A stretch of 64,000 nucleotides of DNA. Origin: an uncultured Clostridia bacterium. Lineage in GTDB: Bacteria > Bacillota > Clostridia > Oscillospirales > UBA644. The notes under the pieces were generated by a model. The model was not told where the DNA came from. It did not search any database and saw only the letters and a program-made list of their open reading frames with translations. The stretch spans positions 69,832 through 133,831 of the forward strand of contig CAOJUB010000003.1 of the NCBI GenBank assembly GCA_948443805.1. The letters run 5' to 3'. Within the stretch, counting starts at the first letter, position 1. Every line of letters starts with the position of its first letter. Shown here piece after piece: positions 18,132 through 27,970 of the stretch. A program made the translations under genes and the position numbers.

Positions 18132-18821
18132 ATGATGTCAATTTCTCTTTTCTATATAGAACAAGGTTCGGGAGAGCCGCTCATTCTTCTGCATGGAAAC
18201 GGCGAAAACGGCGCTTATTTTTCTAATCAGATATCGTTTTTTTCCAAACGGTACCGGGTGATCGTGCCGGATACCCGGGGACACGGTCAATCGCCGCGGG
18301 GAACCGCCCCCTTTACTCTGGCGCAGTTTGTCGAAGATCTTTGCTCCTTTATGGATGAGCATGCCCTTCCAAAAGCAAATCTTCTCGGATTTTCCGATGG
18401 GGGGAATATCGCGCTTCTTTTTGCTTTGCGGTATCCGGAGCGGGTGTTGAAACTGGTTCTGAACGGGGCGAATCTTTCTCCTTCCGGGGTGAAGGCCTCT
18501 TTTCAGATTCCTATTATAATCGGTTATCAGATCGCATCGTTTTTCGGGCGTTGGCGTGATGAAGCAAAAAAACATGCGGACATGCTTGCGCTGATGGTCA
18601 AAGAACCGGATATCCGCCCGGAACAACTGAAAACGGTTGCGGTTCCTGCGTTGGTTATTGCCGGAACACGGGATATGATTAAGGAAAAACATACCCGGCT
18701 GCTTGCGGCGAGTTTGCCGGATTCCTCCTTGGTGTTCATTCCGGGCGATCATTTTATCGCCGCAAAAAAAACTGCGGCCTTTAACCAGGCTGTATTTGCG
18801 TTTTTAGATCAGGACTATTAA
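18132..18821 (+). CDS. Alpha/beta-fold hydrolase
   Basis: LILLHGNGENG, a nucleophile-elbow-like GFSDGG, and C-terminal GDH. ATG 18132 follows GGAGGGG. The ORF-track start at 18039 lies inside the repeat element. Confidence 0.8.
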   Translation: MMSISLFYIEQGSGEPLILLHGNGENGAYFSNQISFFSKRYRVIVPDTRGHGQSPRGTAPFTLAQFVEDLCSFMDEHALPKANLLGFSDGGNIALLFALRYPERVLKLVLNGANLSPSGVKASFQIPIIIGYQIASFFGRWRDEAKKHADMLALMVKEPDIRPEQLKTVAVPALVIAGTRDMIKEKHTRLLAASLPDSSLVFIPGDHFIAAKKTAAFNQAVFAFLDQDY

Positions 18822-18875
18822 CTTGGATCAAAAATAAACCGCTGCCGGACTGACTGCGGCGGAGGGGAGGTCATT

Positions 18876-19646
18876 ATGAATAAACCGTATGTTGTGCTGC
18901 TTGGGTCGTCGTACGATCCGCAGAGAGTTGTTGCTTCCGCGGCGAAACTGTGTTATTCTTCCTCGGATATCTCTGCTTTAGTGGAAAAGCAGACAGAGGA
19001 AAAAACCGCCGCTTTTATTGAAATGCTTGCCGATATGGGACATGAAAGCCCGATTGAACACGCAAGCTTCACTTTTGGTATCGAACATGTTTCGCGTGCG
19101 CTTCTGGCGCAGATTACGCGGCACCGGATCGCTTCTTTCAGCGTGCAGAGCCAGCGGTATGTCAAAGCGAAGCAGTTTGAATATGTAACGCCGCCCCGGA
19201 TTGCCGCAAATGCCGAAGCGCTTTCTGTTTATTCTTCTTTTATGGAGGAAGCGCAGAAAACCTATGATAAACTGGCGGCGCTTCTGGCGGAGGACGAACT
19301 GGCGGCTGTTGATTCTGCTCTCCCGGAAGAGGAGCGGAGAAAAAAGGCGGAGAAAGCGGTATTGGAAGACGCGCGTTTTGTTTTGCCGAACGCCGCCGCG
19401 ACCAAAATGGTTTTGACGATGAACGCCCGGAGCCTGCTGAACTTTTTCCGGCATCGCTGCTGCAACCGTGCGCAGTGGGAAATCCGTTCCCTGGCTGACC
19501 AGATGTTGAAGTTATGCCGGGAGGCTGCGCCTCAGATTTTTAAAAACGCAGGGCCTTCCTGTCTGTGCAAGGCTTGTCCGGAAGGAAAGATGAGCTGCGG
19601 AAAAATGCCGGAGGTCCGCGAAAAATATAAGAATCTGCTGGTTTAA
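18876..19646 (+). CDS. thyX: FAD-dependent thymidylate synthase ThyX
   Basis: ThyX signature RHRIASFSVQSQRY (RHRxxSxxxxSxR). Confidence 0.9.
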   Translation: MNKPYVVLLGSSYDPQRVVASAAKLCYSSSDISALVEKQTEEKTAAFIEMLADMGHESPIEHASFTFGIEHVSRALLAQITRHRIASFSVQSQRYVKAKQFEYVTPPRIAANAEALSVYSSFMEEAQKTYDKLAALLAEDELAAVDSALPEEERRKKAEKAVLEDARFVLPNAAATKMVLTMNARSLLNFFRHRCCNRAQWEIRSLADQMLKLCREAAPQIFKNAGPSCLCKACPEGKMSCGKMPEVREKYKNLLV

Positions 19647-19705
19647 TCGGCGGATCTGTTGCATTTGAAATTTTGATGCCGTTTGGCGGCGGAAAAGGAA
19701 GCGGT

Positions 19706-20371
19706 ATGTCTTTATTTATTATTGAAGGAATCGACGGCAGCGGAAAAAGCACGCAGATTGCACTTCTTTCTGAGCGGCTGCAATCAGAAGGCTTTGACGT
19801 GAAAACCGTAAAATTCCCCAATTATTCCGATCGGTCTTCCGAACCGGTAAAAATGTATCTGGAGGGGGAATTGGGGGCTGACCCAAGCGCGGTTAACGCC
19901 TATGCGGTTTCTGCTTTTTATGCGGTAGACCGGTTTATTTCCTATAAAAAATTATGGGAAAAAGAGTATGCTTCCGGGAAAATTATTCTGTCTGACCGGT
20001 ACACCATGTCAAATTATGTATATCAGGGATCAAAATTGAAACCGGAAGACCGAAAAGCCTATATAGAGTGGCTGTATGATTTTGAGTTCGGGAAAATGGG
20101 GATTCCCCAGCCGGACCGGACGTTTTATCTGGATGTGCCGCCGGATTATTCGATCCGGCAGGTGGAAAAGCGGTATCAGGGCGATGAAAGCAAAAAAGAT
20201 ATCCATGAGCAGAATCTTGACTATCTGCATCGCTGCTATCAGGCCGGACAGGAGGTTTTTTCCGCGACCGGCGCCGTGATGATAGAATGCGTCCGGAATG
20301 GGAAAATGCTGCCCCCGGAAGCGATACATGAAATGATTTATAACCACATTAAACAAGTAATAGACGGGTGA
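19706..20371 (+). CDS. tmk: dTMP (thymidylate) kinase
   Basis: IIEGIDGSGKSTQ P-loop. ATG 19706 follows AAAGGAAG. Adjacent to thyX. Confidence 0.87.
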   Translation: MSLFIIEGIDGSGKSTQIALLSERLQSEGFDVKTVKFPNYSDRSSEPVKMYLEGELGADPSAVNAYAVSAFYAVDRFISYKKLWEKEYASGKIILSDRYTMSNYVYQGSKLKPEDRKAYIEWLYDFEFGKMGIPQPDRTFYLDVPPDYSIRQVEKRYQGDESKKDIHEQNLDYLHRCYQAGQEVFSATGAVMIECVRNGKMLPPEAIHEMIYNHIKQVIDG

Positions 20372-20374
20372 TGT

Positions 20375-21280
20375 ATGGATTTCAGACCGATAGCCGTTGA
20401 AGACGGCCCGCTTTTCCGGGAATATGCCGGAAAAAGTTCTTTTCTTGGGACGGAAGTCAGTTTTACCGATATGTACAGCTGGGGCGCTAATTTCGGCTGC
20501 GAGATCGCCTTTTCTGACGGATTTCTGTTCCTCCGCGGTGTTCCGAAAGGCGATGAATCCAAAGCGTTTTATTTTTATCCTCTTGGCAGCGGCGACCAAA
20601 AACAGGCGTTGGATTTGGTGCTTGCGCTTGCCGAAAAAACGCAGAAGAAAGTGCTTTGTGCTGTTGACGACCAGCGCCGGGATGTTCTGGAATCGTATTT
20701 CCCCGGCAGATTTTCGTTCGAAGAACAGCGGGGAAGCTTTGATTATATCTATTTATCTTCTTCCCTGGCTTCTCTTTCGGGGAAGGCTCTTCATTCCAAA
20801 AAAAATCATCTGAATAAATTTTTAAAGAGGTATCCTGAACATACCGTGGAACCGGTTTCTTCGGAGAATTTTTCCGATTGTCTTGCCGTCAACCAGATGT
20901 GGTGCAGAAAACGCAGGGAAGCCGATCCTGCGGCGCCGCACTGTGAAAACGACGGGGAATTCTGTGCGGTGAAGCGGACATTGGCGCACTATGATGAACT
21001 GGGCTGCCGGGGAATTCTTCTTCGGATTGAGGGAAAACCGGTGGCGTTTACGATTGGAACCCCGGTTCGGGACAACCTGTTTGTCACCCATTTTGAAAAA
21101 GCGCTGACCGAATATCAGGGGGCGTTTGCCGCCGTGAATTATTTTTTTGCTCAGGAATTAACCCGTTATCAATATATTAACCGCGAGGAGGATATGGGGA
21201 TCGAAGGGCTCCGAAAGGCAAAACTGAGTTATTGCCCGGCGATTCTTTACCGGAAGTATCATGCAAAAATACTCTCCTGA
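20375..21280 (+). CDS. DUF2156 protein (phosphatidylglycerol lysyltransferase C-terminal-like fold)
   Basis: GKALHSKKNHLNKF and INREEDMGIEGLRKAKLSYCP match the conserved DUF2156 blocks. Confidence 0.72.
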   Translation: MDFRPIAVEDGPLFREYAGKSSFLGTEVSFTDMYSWGANFGCEIAFSDGFLFLRGVPKGDESKAFYFYPLGSGDQKQALDLVLALAEKTQKKVLCAVDDQRRDVLESYFPGRFSFEEQRGSFDYIYLSSSLASLSGKALHSKKNHLNKFLKRYPEHTVEPVSSENFSDCLAVNQMWCRKRREADPAAPHCENDGEFCAVKRTLAHYDELGCRGILLRIEGKPVAFTIGTPVRDNLFVTHFEKALTEYQGAFAAVNYFFAQELTRYQYINREEDMGIEGLRKAKLSYCPAILYRKYHAKILS

Positions 21281-22049
21281 GCTGATTCGCGGCTACAGCG
21301 ACCGGGGGCAGCTGAAAAAATTATGGGGCGAGGCTTTCGGTGATTCCGAAAGGTATCTCGATTTCTTGTATGACTGCGGATATCTGGCCGATTCGTATAT
21401 TTGGGCTCTGGCCGATTCCGGAAACCTTTTGTGCGCCTGTGCGTGTCTTCCTCTCTGCGGCCGGGACGCCTGCGTTTATCTTTGTTATGCGGCGACGTTC
21501 CGGGCTTTTCAGAAACAGGGGCTGATGTCTTGTTTGTTTGACGCGGTCAAAGCTTCCGGGTTCGAAATAGCGCTGATCCCTGCGGAAGAAAGCCTGTTTG
21601 ATTTTTATAAAAAGCAGGGGTTTGAACCGTCTCTTTTTCTTTGCCGCAAACATTTCCGGCATGATTCTCCGTGCGGCAAAAGGGAAATATTTTCCCCGGA
21701 ATCTTTTGATTTGGAGTCGATTTATCAGCTTTATCGGCAAACTTATGCGGCGTATCGGAATGTTTTGTATAAAAGTTATGATATGTTCCGGGCGGCGGTT
21801 TTGGAATCGGTATTTTTTCCCGGCGGCGGCTTTTTCCGGTGCGGCGGCGGATATGGGTTTGTTTTACTTTGTAAGGGGCGGCTGTATCTGCGGGAACCGT
21901 TTGGAAAGTGGGAAATGCTTGTCCGGTCTTTTTCTGAAATTACGGTGGAGCTGCCGCCTGAAAAGAACGACGGTAAAACGCCGGTCGGCTTTTTTTACAG
22001 CCCTCTGGGGCGTTGGGAAGGTTCGGTTAATCATTTGTTGAATGAATAA
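21261..22049 (+). CDS. Probable GNAT-family N-acetyltransferase
   Basis: 262 aa. The FRAFQKQGLMSCLF region resembles the acetyl-CoA-binding R/Q-x-x-G-x-G/A block. 20-nt overlap with the DUF2156 gene. Confidence 0.5.
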   Translation: MQKYSPELIRGYSDRGQLKKLWGEAFGDSERYLDFLYDCGYLADSYIWALADSGNLLCACACLPLCGRDACVYLCYAATFRAFQKQGLMSCLFDAVKASGFEIALIPAEESLFDFYKKQGFEPSLFLCRKHFRHDSPCGKREIFSPESFDLESIYQLYRQTYAAYRNVLYKSYDMFRAAVLESVFFPGGGFFRCGGGYGFVLLCKGRLYLREPFGKWEMLVRSFSEITVELPPEKNDGKTPVGFFYSPLGRWEGSVNHLLNE

Positions 22050-22075
22050 GAGACGATAAGAGGAGAAAAAGCAAT

Positions 22076-22633
22076 ATGGTTTTGATACTTTTTGCCGATG
22101 GTTTTGAAGAGGTTGAAGCGCTGACGCCCTGCGATTATCTGCGGCGGGCAGGGGCGGATGTTCTGATGGTTTCGATGAATGCTTCCCGAACCGTTACCGG
22201 CGCGCATGATATCGCAATTCTCTGCGATGTTACCGCCGATGATATTCTGCCGGAACTGTCTCCGGAAAAATTGGAAATGCTTCTGCTGCCGGGCGGAAAA
22301 GCCGGCGTTGACAATCTGGATTCCGACAGCCGCACCGACCGTTTTCTTTCGGAAGCAAAGAAGGCCGGCGCTTTTGTCTGCGCGATTTGCGCAGGACCTT
22401 CCCTTTTGGGAAAGAAAGGATGGCTGCGCGGAAAAAAGGCCGTATGTTACCCCGGTTTTGAATCCTATCTTCTGGATGCCGAAGTCTTGGACGAACCGGT
22501 GGTTTGCGATGGGAAAATAATAACGGCGAAAGCCGCCGGCGCAGCGCAGGAATTTTCATTTTCGCTCATCGAAGCCCTCCGGGGACGGGAAGCGGCCTTG
22601 CAGGTAAAAAATGCGGTGTATTTTGAAAAATAA
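22076..22633 (+). CDS. DJ-1/PfpI family protein
   Basis: FEEVEALTPCDYLRRAG and the nucleophile elbow AICAGP. 185 aa. Confidence 0.85.
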   Translation: MVLILFADGFEEVEALTPCDYLRRAGADVLMVSMNASRTVTGAHDIAILCDVTADDILPELSPEKLEMLLLPGGKAGVDNLDSDSRTDRFLSEAKKAGAFVCAICAGPSLLGKKGWLRGKKAVCYPGFESYLLDAEVLDEPVVCDGKIITAKAAGAAQEFSFSLIEALRGREAALQVKNAVYFEK

Positions 22634-22673
22634 TCGGGTGTGGTTTTAGGAACGGATCGAATAGGTGGTTTTT

Positions 22674-23246
22674 ATGGCGGAAAGAACAGCAGCGGAGCGC
22701 AAAAACAGCCTGCGCCGTTTGTATAAAGAAAAAAGAGAGGCGCTTTCGTTTCAGGATACGGCGTTTTTAGACAACCAGATTTCCGCCGTTCTTTTTGCAA
22801 CGGAGGAGTATCGCGGCGCTTCTCAGATTTTGCTGTATGCTTCGGTGAACCGGGAGGTCGATACCCGGCAGATATGCAGCCGGGCGGTTTCGGATGGCAA
22901 AAATGTTTTTTTCCCCCGCTGTGAAGGGGAGGGCAAAATGACCTTTTACCGAGCGGAACAGTTTCCTTCTGCGGCCGGCGCCTATGCTATTCCCGAACCG
23001 GAACCCGGTGAGGAATATTATCCGGGCAAACGCGATCTTTGCCTTGTTCCGGGGCTGGCGTTTGATCTGCATGGCTTTCGGCTTGGGTACGGAAAAGGGT
23101 TTTACGACCGGTTTTTGCCTGCTTTTCCGGGCGTTTGTTTCGGGCTGTGCCGCGCGGCGTTTCTGGCGGAAACGCTTCCGGCAGACGTCTACGACCGCCG
23201 GGTTGATGGTATCGTCACGGAAAACGGTTTTTTTTCTGCGAGGTAA
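22674..23246 (+). CDS. 5-formyltetrahydrofolate cyclo-ligase
   Basis: VPGLAFDLHGFRLGYGKGFYDRFL motif. ATG 22674 lies 6 nt after AGGTGG. Confidence 0.85.
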   Translation: MAERTAAERKNSLRRLYKEKREALSFQDTAFLDNQISAVLFATEEYRGASQILLYASVNREVDTRQICSRAVSDGKNVFFPRCEGEGKMTFYRAEQFPSAAGAYAIPEPEPGEEYYPGKRDLCLVPGLAFDLHGFRLGYGKGFYDRFLPAFPGVCFGLCRAAFLAETLPADVYDRRVDGIVTENGFFSAR

Positions 23247-23258
23247 GGAGTTTTCGAT

Positions 23259-24089
23259 ATGAATAAAATCATTGTTTCCGCAGCGACAAGTATTTTGCTT
23301 GTTGTGACGCTGAAAATTTTAAGTTTATTTTCTCTGCCGTTTCGGGAATTGATTTTCGCAGCGGTCAGTTTGTTTTATTTTTTGATTGGATGCGTTGTTT
23401 TAAAACGGCTATCCCCGAAGATTTCATCTAAAAAATTTTTTCGGTGTGTTCCGCTTCGCGGAGAGAATCTTGCGCTTACCGTATGGTTTACCTTTACGGT
23501 TATTGCCGGCGGAATGCTTCTGAACCTTCTGGAGGTATCGTTCTGGAGCAAGGTTGGGATAACGCTTCCGGCAAACAGCCTTGACGGACTTTCAATCGAC
23601 AATGCGGTTTTGATGCTTTTTCTGTTTGCGTTGATCCCCGCTGTGTTTGAAGAATTATTTTTCCGGGGGGCGGTTCTTTCTTCTTTGCAGAAAGTCGGCG
23701 GGTTCGGTTTTTCTATCGCGCTTTCCTCGCTGCTGTTTTTCCTTGCGCATGGCAGTTATTACTATGTGCTGTCGGTTCTTTTCAGCGGGGTTTGTTTTTC
23801 GTTGCTTGTTTATATGACCAATTCTATTTTTTCATCCATGGCGGTGCATTTTTTCAACAACGTTTTTTCTTATCTTTTGATGATTTTCAGCACCCGGCTG
23901 GCCAACGCCGGTTTTTCGGCTTTTGTGGTCTGCGGGCTGATCTTTTTTCTGCTGATCGGAATTTACGGCGTGATTGCCACCTATGAAAGAAAGATCAAAA
24001 ACGATCCTTCGGTCAGAATTGAAATTTTTAATGAGGGGGAACTCGTATGGCAAAGAGAAAGAAAACGAAGAAAAAGACAGGGAAAATAA
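23259..24089 (+). CDS. CPBP-family intramembrane glutamic endopeptidase (CAAX protease-like)
   Basis: EELFFRG, FLAHG and HFFNN motifs in a polytopic protein. The 3' end overlaps mltG by 43 nt. Confidence 0.8.
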   Translation: MNKIIVSAATSILLVVTLKILSLFSLPFRELIFAAVSLFYFLIGCVVLKRLSPKISSKKFFRCVPLRGENLALTVWFTFTVIAGGMLLNLLEVSFWSKVGITLPANSLDGLSIDNAVLMLFLFALIPAVFEELFFRGAVLSSLQKVGGFGFSIALSSLLFFLAHGSYYYVLSVLFSGVCFSLLVYMTNSIFSSMAVHFFNNVFSYLLMIFSTRLANAGFSAFVVCGLIFFLLIGIYGVIATYERKIKNDPSVRIEIFNEGELVWQRERKRRKRQGK

Positions 24090-25120
24090 TCGCGGTTGTT
24101 ATTGCGGTTTTTCTTGTTGTTGTAGTCGGCTTCGGCGCTTTTGCCGCCGTTCGTATTATGGGCGATATCCGCGGCGCCGATCAGGCAGAATCCGGAAATA
24201 CAGTTGAAATAGAAATTTCAGCGGGCGATACCGTTCGTACGGTTGCTTCGAAACTGAAGGCCGCCGGCGTGATTGAATATGAACGTATTTTTGCTTATTT
24301 TGCCGGAAAAAACGGCGTGGACACCAAACTGAAGGCCGGTGTTTTTCAGGTTCGGACCGGCGACGGTTACGATATGATTTTTGAAGCGATGCAGAAAACG
24401 GTGAGCGATGTGGTATTGCAGGAAAGTGTTCGTCTTGGTTTCCCCGAAGGCTATACAGTGGATCAGATCATCCGGAAACTGGTCGAAAACGGTATCGGCA
24501 ATGAGGAAACTTACCGTCAGATTATCGATACGGCGGATTTCGGCTATGCTTATCTCCCTGCCGCCGGGACGGAAAACCGGCTGGAGGGATACCTTTATCC
24601 GGATACCTATGATTTCTTTTTGAAGGAAGATGAGAAAAGCGTTTTGATGCGTTTTTTGAATAATTTCAATAAGAAAATCACGGAAAATCAGGTTTTGGAA
24701 AAAGCTCAGGAAATCGGTATGTCGCTGGAAGATACAATCAATCTTGCCTCAATTGTTCAGGCTGAGGGGATGGTTTCATCCGAACTTCCCTTGATTTCTT
24801 CGGTTTTTCACAACCGGATGGAGATCGGTATGAAGCTGGAAAGCGACGCAACGCTGAACTATACCTTCCCGGAAGGGGAGAAAAAATGGTATTTAACCTA
24901 TGCCGATATGAAAAGCGATAATCCGTATAATACCTATTATTACAACGGTCTTCCGCCCACTGCGATTATGAATCCCGGAATCGAGGCGATTCTTGCTGCA
25001 GTCAGCCCTGCGGATACCAAATATTTTTATTTCTGCGGCGTCGGCGATGGAACGCATGTCTTTTCGGAAACTTATGCGGAGCATGCGAAAAATGTAGATA
25101 AGTATATCAATAATAAATAA
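24047..25120 (+). CDS. mltG: Endolytic murein transglycosylase MltG (YceG-like)
   Basis: N-terminal Lys-rich tail plus one TM helix. LASIVQAEG, NPYNTYYYNGLPPTAIMNPG. Confidence 0.9.
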   Translation: MAKRKKTKKKTGKIIAVVIAVFLVVVVGFGAFAAVRIMGDIRGADQAESGNTVEIEISAGDTVRTVASKLKAAGVIEYERIFAYFAGKNGVDTKLKAGVFQVRTGDGYDMIFEAMQKTVSDVVLQESVRLGFPEGYTVDQIIRKLVENGIGNEETYRQIIDTADFGYAYLPAAGTENRLEGYLYPDTYDFFLKEDEKSVLMRFLNNFNKKITENQVLEKAQEIGMSLEDTINLASIVQAEGMVSSELPLISSVFHNRMEIGMKLESDATLNYTFPEGEKKWYLTYADMKSDNPYNTYYYNGLPPTAIMNPGIEAILAAVSPADTKYFYFCGVGDGTHVFSETYAEHAKNVDKYINNK

Positions 25121-25179
25121 TAAAACCGGACTCCTCTTTATGCAGAAGATTGTCCGGGCATGGAAAGAAACGGAATTGT

Positions 25180-25848
25180 ATGGAAAAAGACCGTATTGTT
25201 TATCCGTATATCAGCAGCTATATGCAGAAAAACCGCCGGAAAAGAAGCGGTTTTCTGGGGGAGCTGGAACAGCAGGCGCGGGCGGCGGATTATCCCATTT
25301 CCAACCCGGAAACTTCCGATCTGCTGGAAATACTCTGCCGGATCAAGCGGCCGGAAAAAATTCTGGAAATCGGTACCTGTATCGGATTTTCGGCGCTCTT
25401 GATGGAAGATTCTTCTCCCGCGGGCGTCCGGATCGACACGATTGAACGCAATCCGGTGATGCTTGCGCCGGCAAAAGAAAATCTGAAACGGTATTCCAAA
25501 GGCGGGATTACCATTCATGAAGGAAACGCGGTAGACCTGCTGCCGGGCTTTTCGGAAGAATATGATATGATTTTTATCGACGGGGCGAAGGGGCAGTATC
25601 CGGTGTTTTTCCGGGAATGCCGCCGGCTGCTGAAAAAGGACGGTATTTTAATTGCGGATAATGTCTTTTTTAATGGCTATGCGGCCGAAGGCCTTCCCGA
25701 TATCCGCCGGAACTGGACGATTGTCCGGCGGCTGAATGCCTATCTGGCAGAGCTGGAAAACGACGCTGATTTTAAGACGGTTATTTTGCCGATCAGCGAT
25801 GGGGTAACGCTTTCATACCGGATGGAAAAAACTGAAAATAAGGCCTGA
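25180..25848 (+). CDS. trmR: Class I SAM-dependent O-methyltransferase, TrmR/YrrM-like
   Basis: ILEIGTCIGFS SAM-binding motif and IFIDGAK. Synteny mltG-yrrM-U32 as in Bacillus. ATG 25180 gives the family-typical N-terminus. Confidence 0.72.
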   Translation: MEKDRIVYPYISSYMQKNRRKRSGFLGELEQQARAADYPISNPETSDLLEILCRIKRPEKILEIGTCIGFSALLMEDSSPAGVRIDTIERNPVMLAPAKENLKRYSKGGITIHEGNAVDLLPGFSEEYDMIFIDGAKGQYPVFFRECRRLLKKDGILIADNVFFNGYAAEGLPDIRRNWTIVRRLNAYLAELENDADFKTVILPISDGVTLSYRMEKTENKA

Positions 25849-25894
25849 TAAGGCGATCGACAGCGGTTTCTTTTTTTGAAATACAAATAGGACG

Positions 25895-27142
25895 GTGACA
25901 ACTTTGCAGACAATGAAAAAACCGGAACTTCTTGCGCCGGCGGGGGATTTCAGCCGCTTGAAATATGCGGTCGCCTATGGGGCGGACGCGGTGTATATCG
26001 GTGGGGAACACTTTTCTCTGCGGACGGCTTCTTCCAATTTTAATAGCGAAGAACTACAGAAAGCCGTTCGCTATGCGCATTCCCATCAGGTCAAGGTTTA
26101 CTGCGCGGTAAATGCGGTTCCCCGAAATGCTGAAATAGAGGAGTTTCCTTCGTATCTGAAATCCTTGTGCGATGCGGGAATCGATGCGGTTATCGTTTCG
26201 GATATCGGCCTTGTCAGTATGACAAGAGAATTGGCGCCGGAGATGAAAATTCATCTTTCCACACAGGCGAACGCTATTAATTATGCGGCCTGCAACGCCT
26301 GGTATCGGTTAGGGGTTCGCCGGATTGTTTTGGCCCGGGAATGTTCCCTGGAGGAAATCAAGGAGATCCGCGCCAATGTTCCGGAAGACCTGGAACTGGA
26401 GGCTTTTGTTCACGGCGCGATGTGTATGGCTTATTCCGGCCGGTGTCTGATTTCGTCGTTCATGACCGGACGGGATGCGAACCGGGGAAACTGTGCGCAG
26501 CCCTGCCGCTGGAAATATGCGGTTTGTGAAGAAACCCGTCCCGGCGAATATTTTCCGCTGGAAGAAGGGGACGGCGGCACGTTTTTGTTCAATTCGAAAG
26601 ACCTGTGCATGATCGACCATATTCCTGAATTATGTGCGGCAGGAGTCGGCAGTTTTAAAATTGAAGGCCGGGTAAAAACGGAATATTATGTCTCGTGTGT
26701 GACGAATACATATCGGCAGGCAATTGATGCTTGTTTTGACGATATCGACGGCTATGTGAAACGTCTGCCGGTTTATCTGGAGGAACTCAGCAAGGTCAGT
26801 CACCGGGAATATTCCACCGGATTTTATTACGGCAATCCCCTGGAACAGGGGCAGAATTATGAGAGCGCCGGATATCTCCGGGAATATGAAGTTGTCGGTC
26901 TGGTTGAGGGCTATGACAGCCTGAACCGGCGTTTGATCGTTTCTCAGCGCAATAAATTTTCTGCAGGGGAAACCCTGGAACTGGTGGAAGCCGGACGTCC
27001 GCCGGTTGAATTTTCTGCCGAGGTTCTGTATAACGGCAAGGGCGAGCGGATTCTTTCGGCACCGCATGCGGCTATGCGGGTAGAGATTGCATATGACCAT
27101 TATGTCGGCGGAATGTCTTTCTTGCGGAAGAAAAAATATTAA
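25895..27142 (+). CDS. Peptidase U32 family protein (YrrO/TrhP-type)
   Basis: KPELLAPAGDFSRLKYAVAYGADAVYIGG and an E-x-F-x-H-G-A-x-C-like FVHGAMCMAYSGRC motif. Start is TTG 25895 or ATG 25913. Confidence 0.85.
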   Translation: MTTLQTMKKPELLAPAGDFSRLKYAVAYGADAVYIGGEHFSLRTASSNFNSEELQKAVRYAHSHQVKVYCAVNAVPRNAEIEEFPSYLKSLCDAGIDAVIVSDIGLVSMTRELAPEMKIHLSTQANAINYAACNAWYRLGVRRIVLARECSLEEIKEIRANVPEDLELEAFVHGAMCMAYSGRCLISSFMTGRDANRGNCAQPCRWKYAVCEETRPGEYFPLEEGDGGTFLFNSKDLCMIDHIPELCAAGVGSFKIEGRVKTEYYVSCVTNTYRQAIDACFDDIDGYVKRLPVYLEELSKVSHREYSTGFYYGNPLEQGQNYESAGYLREYEVVGLVEGYDSLNRRLIVSQRNKFSAGETLELVEAGRPPVEFSAEVLYNGKGERILSAPHAAMRVEIAYDHYVGGMSFLRKKKY

Positions 27143-27187
27143 AAAAAACCCATTCATTCGGATTATTGGAATGAATGGGGTTTTTTA
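27141..27187. terminator. Bidirectional terminator between the U32 peptidase gene and tam
   Basis: A8, then CCCATTCATTC (27149-59) paired with GAATGAATGGG (27169-79), then T6. Confidence 0.7.
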
Positions 27188-27967
27188 TATCAGCGGCCGG
27201 TATCCTGCCAGCAGAAAGAGCCGGGGAAAACGAAAGAGGATCGTACCGTTTTTTTGCGGGGGATAGGCTTCGGCTATTTTTTGATAAATTTCTTTTTGGA
27301 ATTTTTCTTTGTCGGTTTCGTTCAGCGCTTCCAGATAGGGACGAAGCCCGGTGCCTTTATACCATTCCAGAATCGCGTTGTGCGAGGGCATTTCATGAAA
27401 ATATTCGGTTTGCCAGAGTTCGGAAAAAGGAAAAAGTTCCTGCATCAGATCAAAATATCCTTCCGGGCTGAGGTTATAGAATATCCGGGGATTTGCAATT
27501 TTTTCCCGCCATTCCGGCTGTAAGGCAGTTTCCCGGAGGATTTTATGCATCGGCATGTCGGCCGTCATCGGGGTCTGAACCGCCAGTATGCCGTTTTCTT
27601 TTAATATGTTTGCCATATTCCGGAAAAGCGCTGGATGATCGGGAATCCACTGGATACAGGCGTTGGAAAAAATCAGATCAAATTTTTTTCCGAGTTTTTT
27701 CAGATCGTCCGTAGCATCGAAGGAAAGAAAGGTTGCCTGAGGAACATTTTCTTTGGCCGTTTTCAGCATTTCCTCCGAGCTGTCGATTCCCCAGATATCC
27801 GCGTCCGGGAATCGGTCTTTGAGCGCTTGGGCGCTGTTCCCCGGGCCGCAGCCGAGGTCCAGAACCGCAGCCGGCCGGGAAAGCGGAATCCGTCGGATCA
27901 GATCAACTGCCGGCTGAGTCCGCTGTTTTTTAAACTGAAGATACTGCTCCGTATTCCAACTTGCCAT
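27185..27967 (-). CDS. tam: Trans-aconitate 2-methyltransferase-like SAM methyltransferase
   Basis: MASWNTEQYLQFKKQRTQPAVDLI and VLDLGCGPGNS. Confidence 0.78.
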   Translation of the reverse strand: MASWNTEQYLQFKKQRTQPAVDLIRRIPLSRPAAVLDLGCGPGNSAQALKDRFPDADIWGIDSSEEMLKTAKENVPQATFLSFDATDDLKKLGKKFDLIFSNACIQWIPDHPALFRNMANILKENGILAVQTPMTADMPMHKILRETALQPEWREKIANPRIFYNLSPEGYFDLMQELFPFSELWQTEYFHEMPSHNAILEWYKGTGLRPYLEALNETDKEKFQKEIYQKIAEAYPPQKNGTILFRFPRLFLLAGYRPLI

Positions 27968-27970
27968 GGT

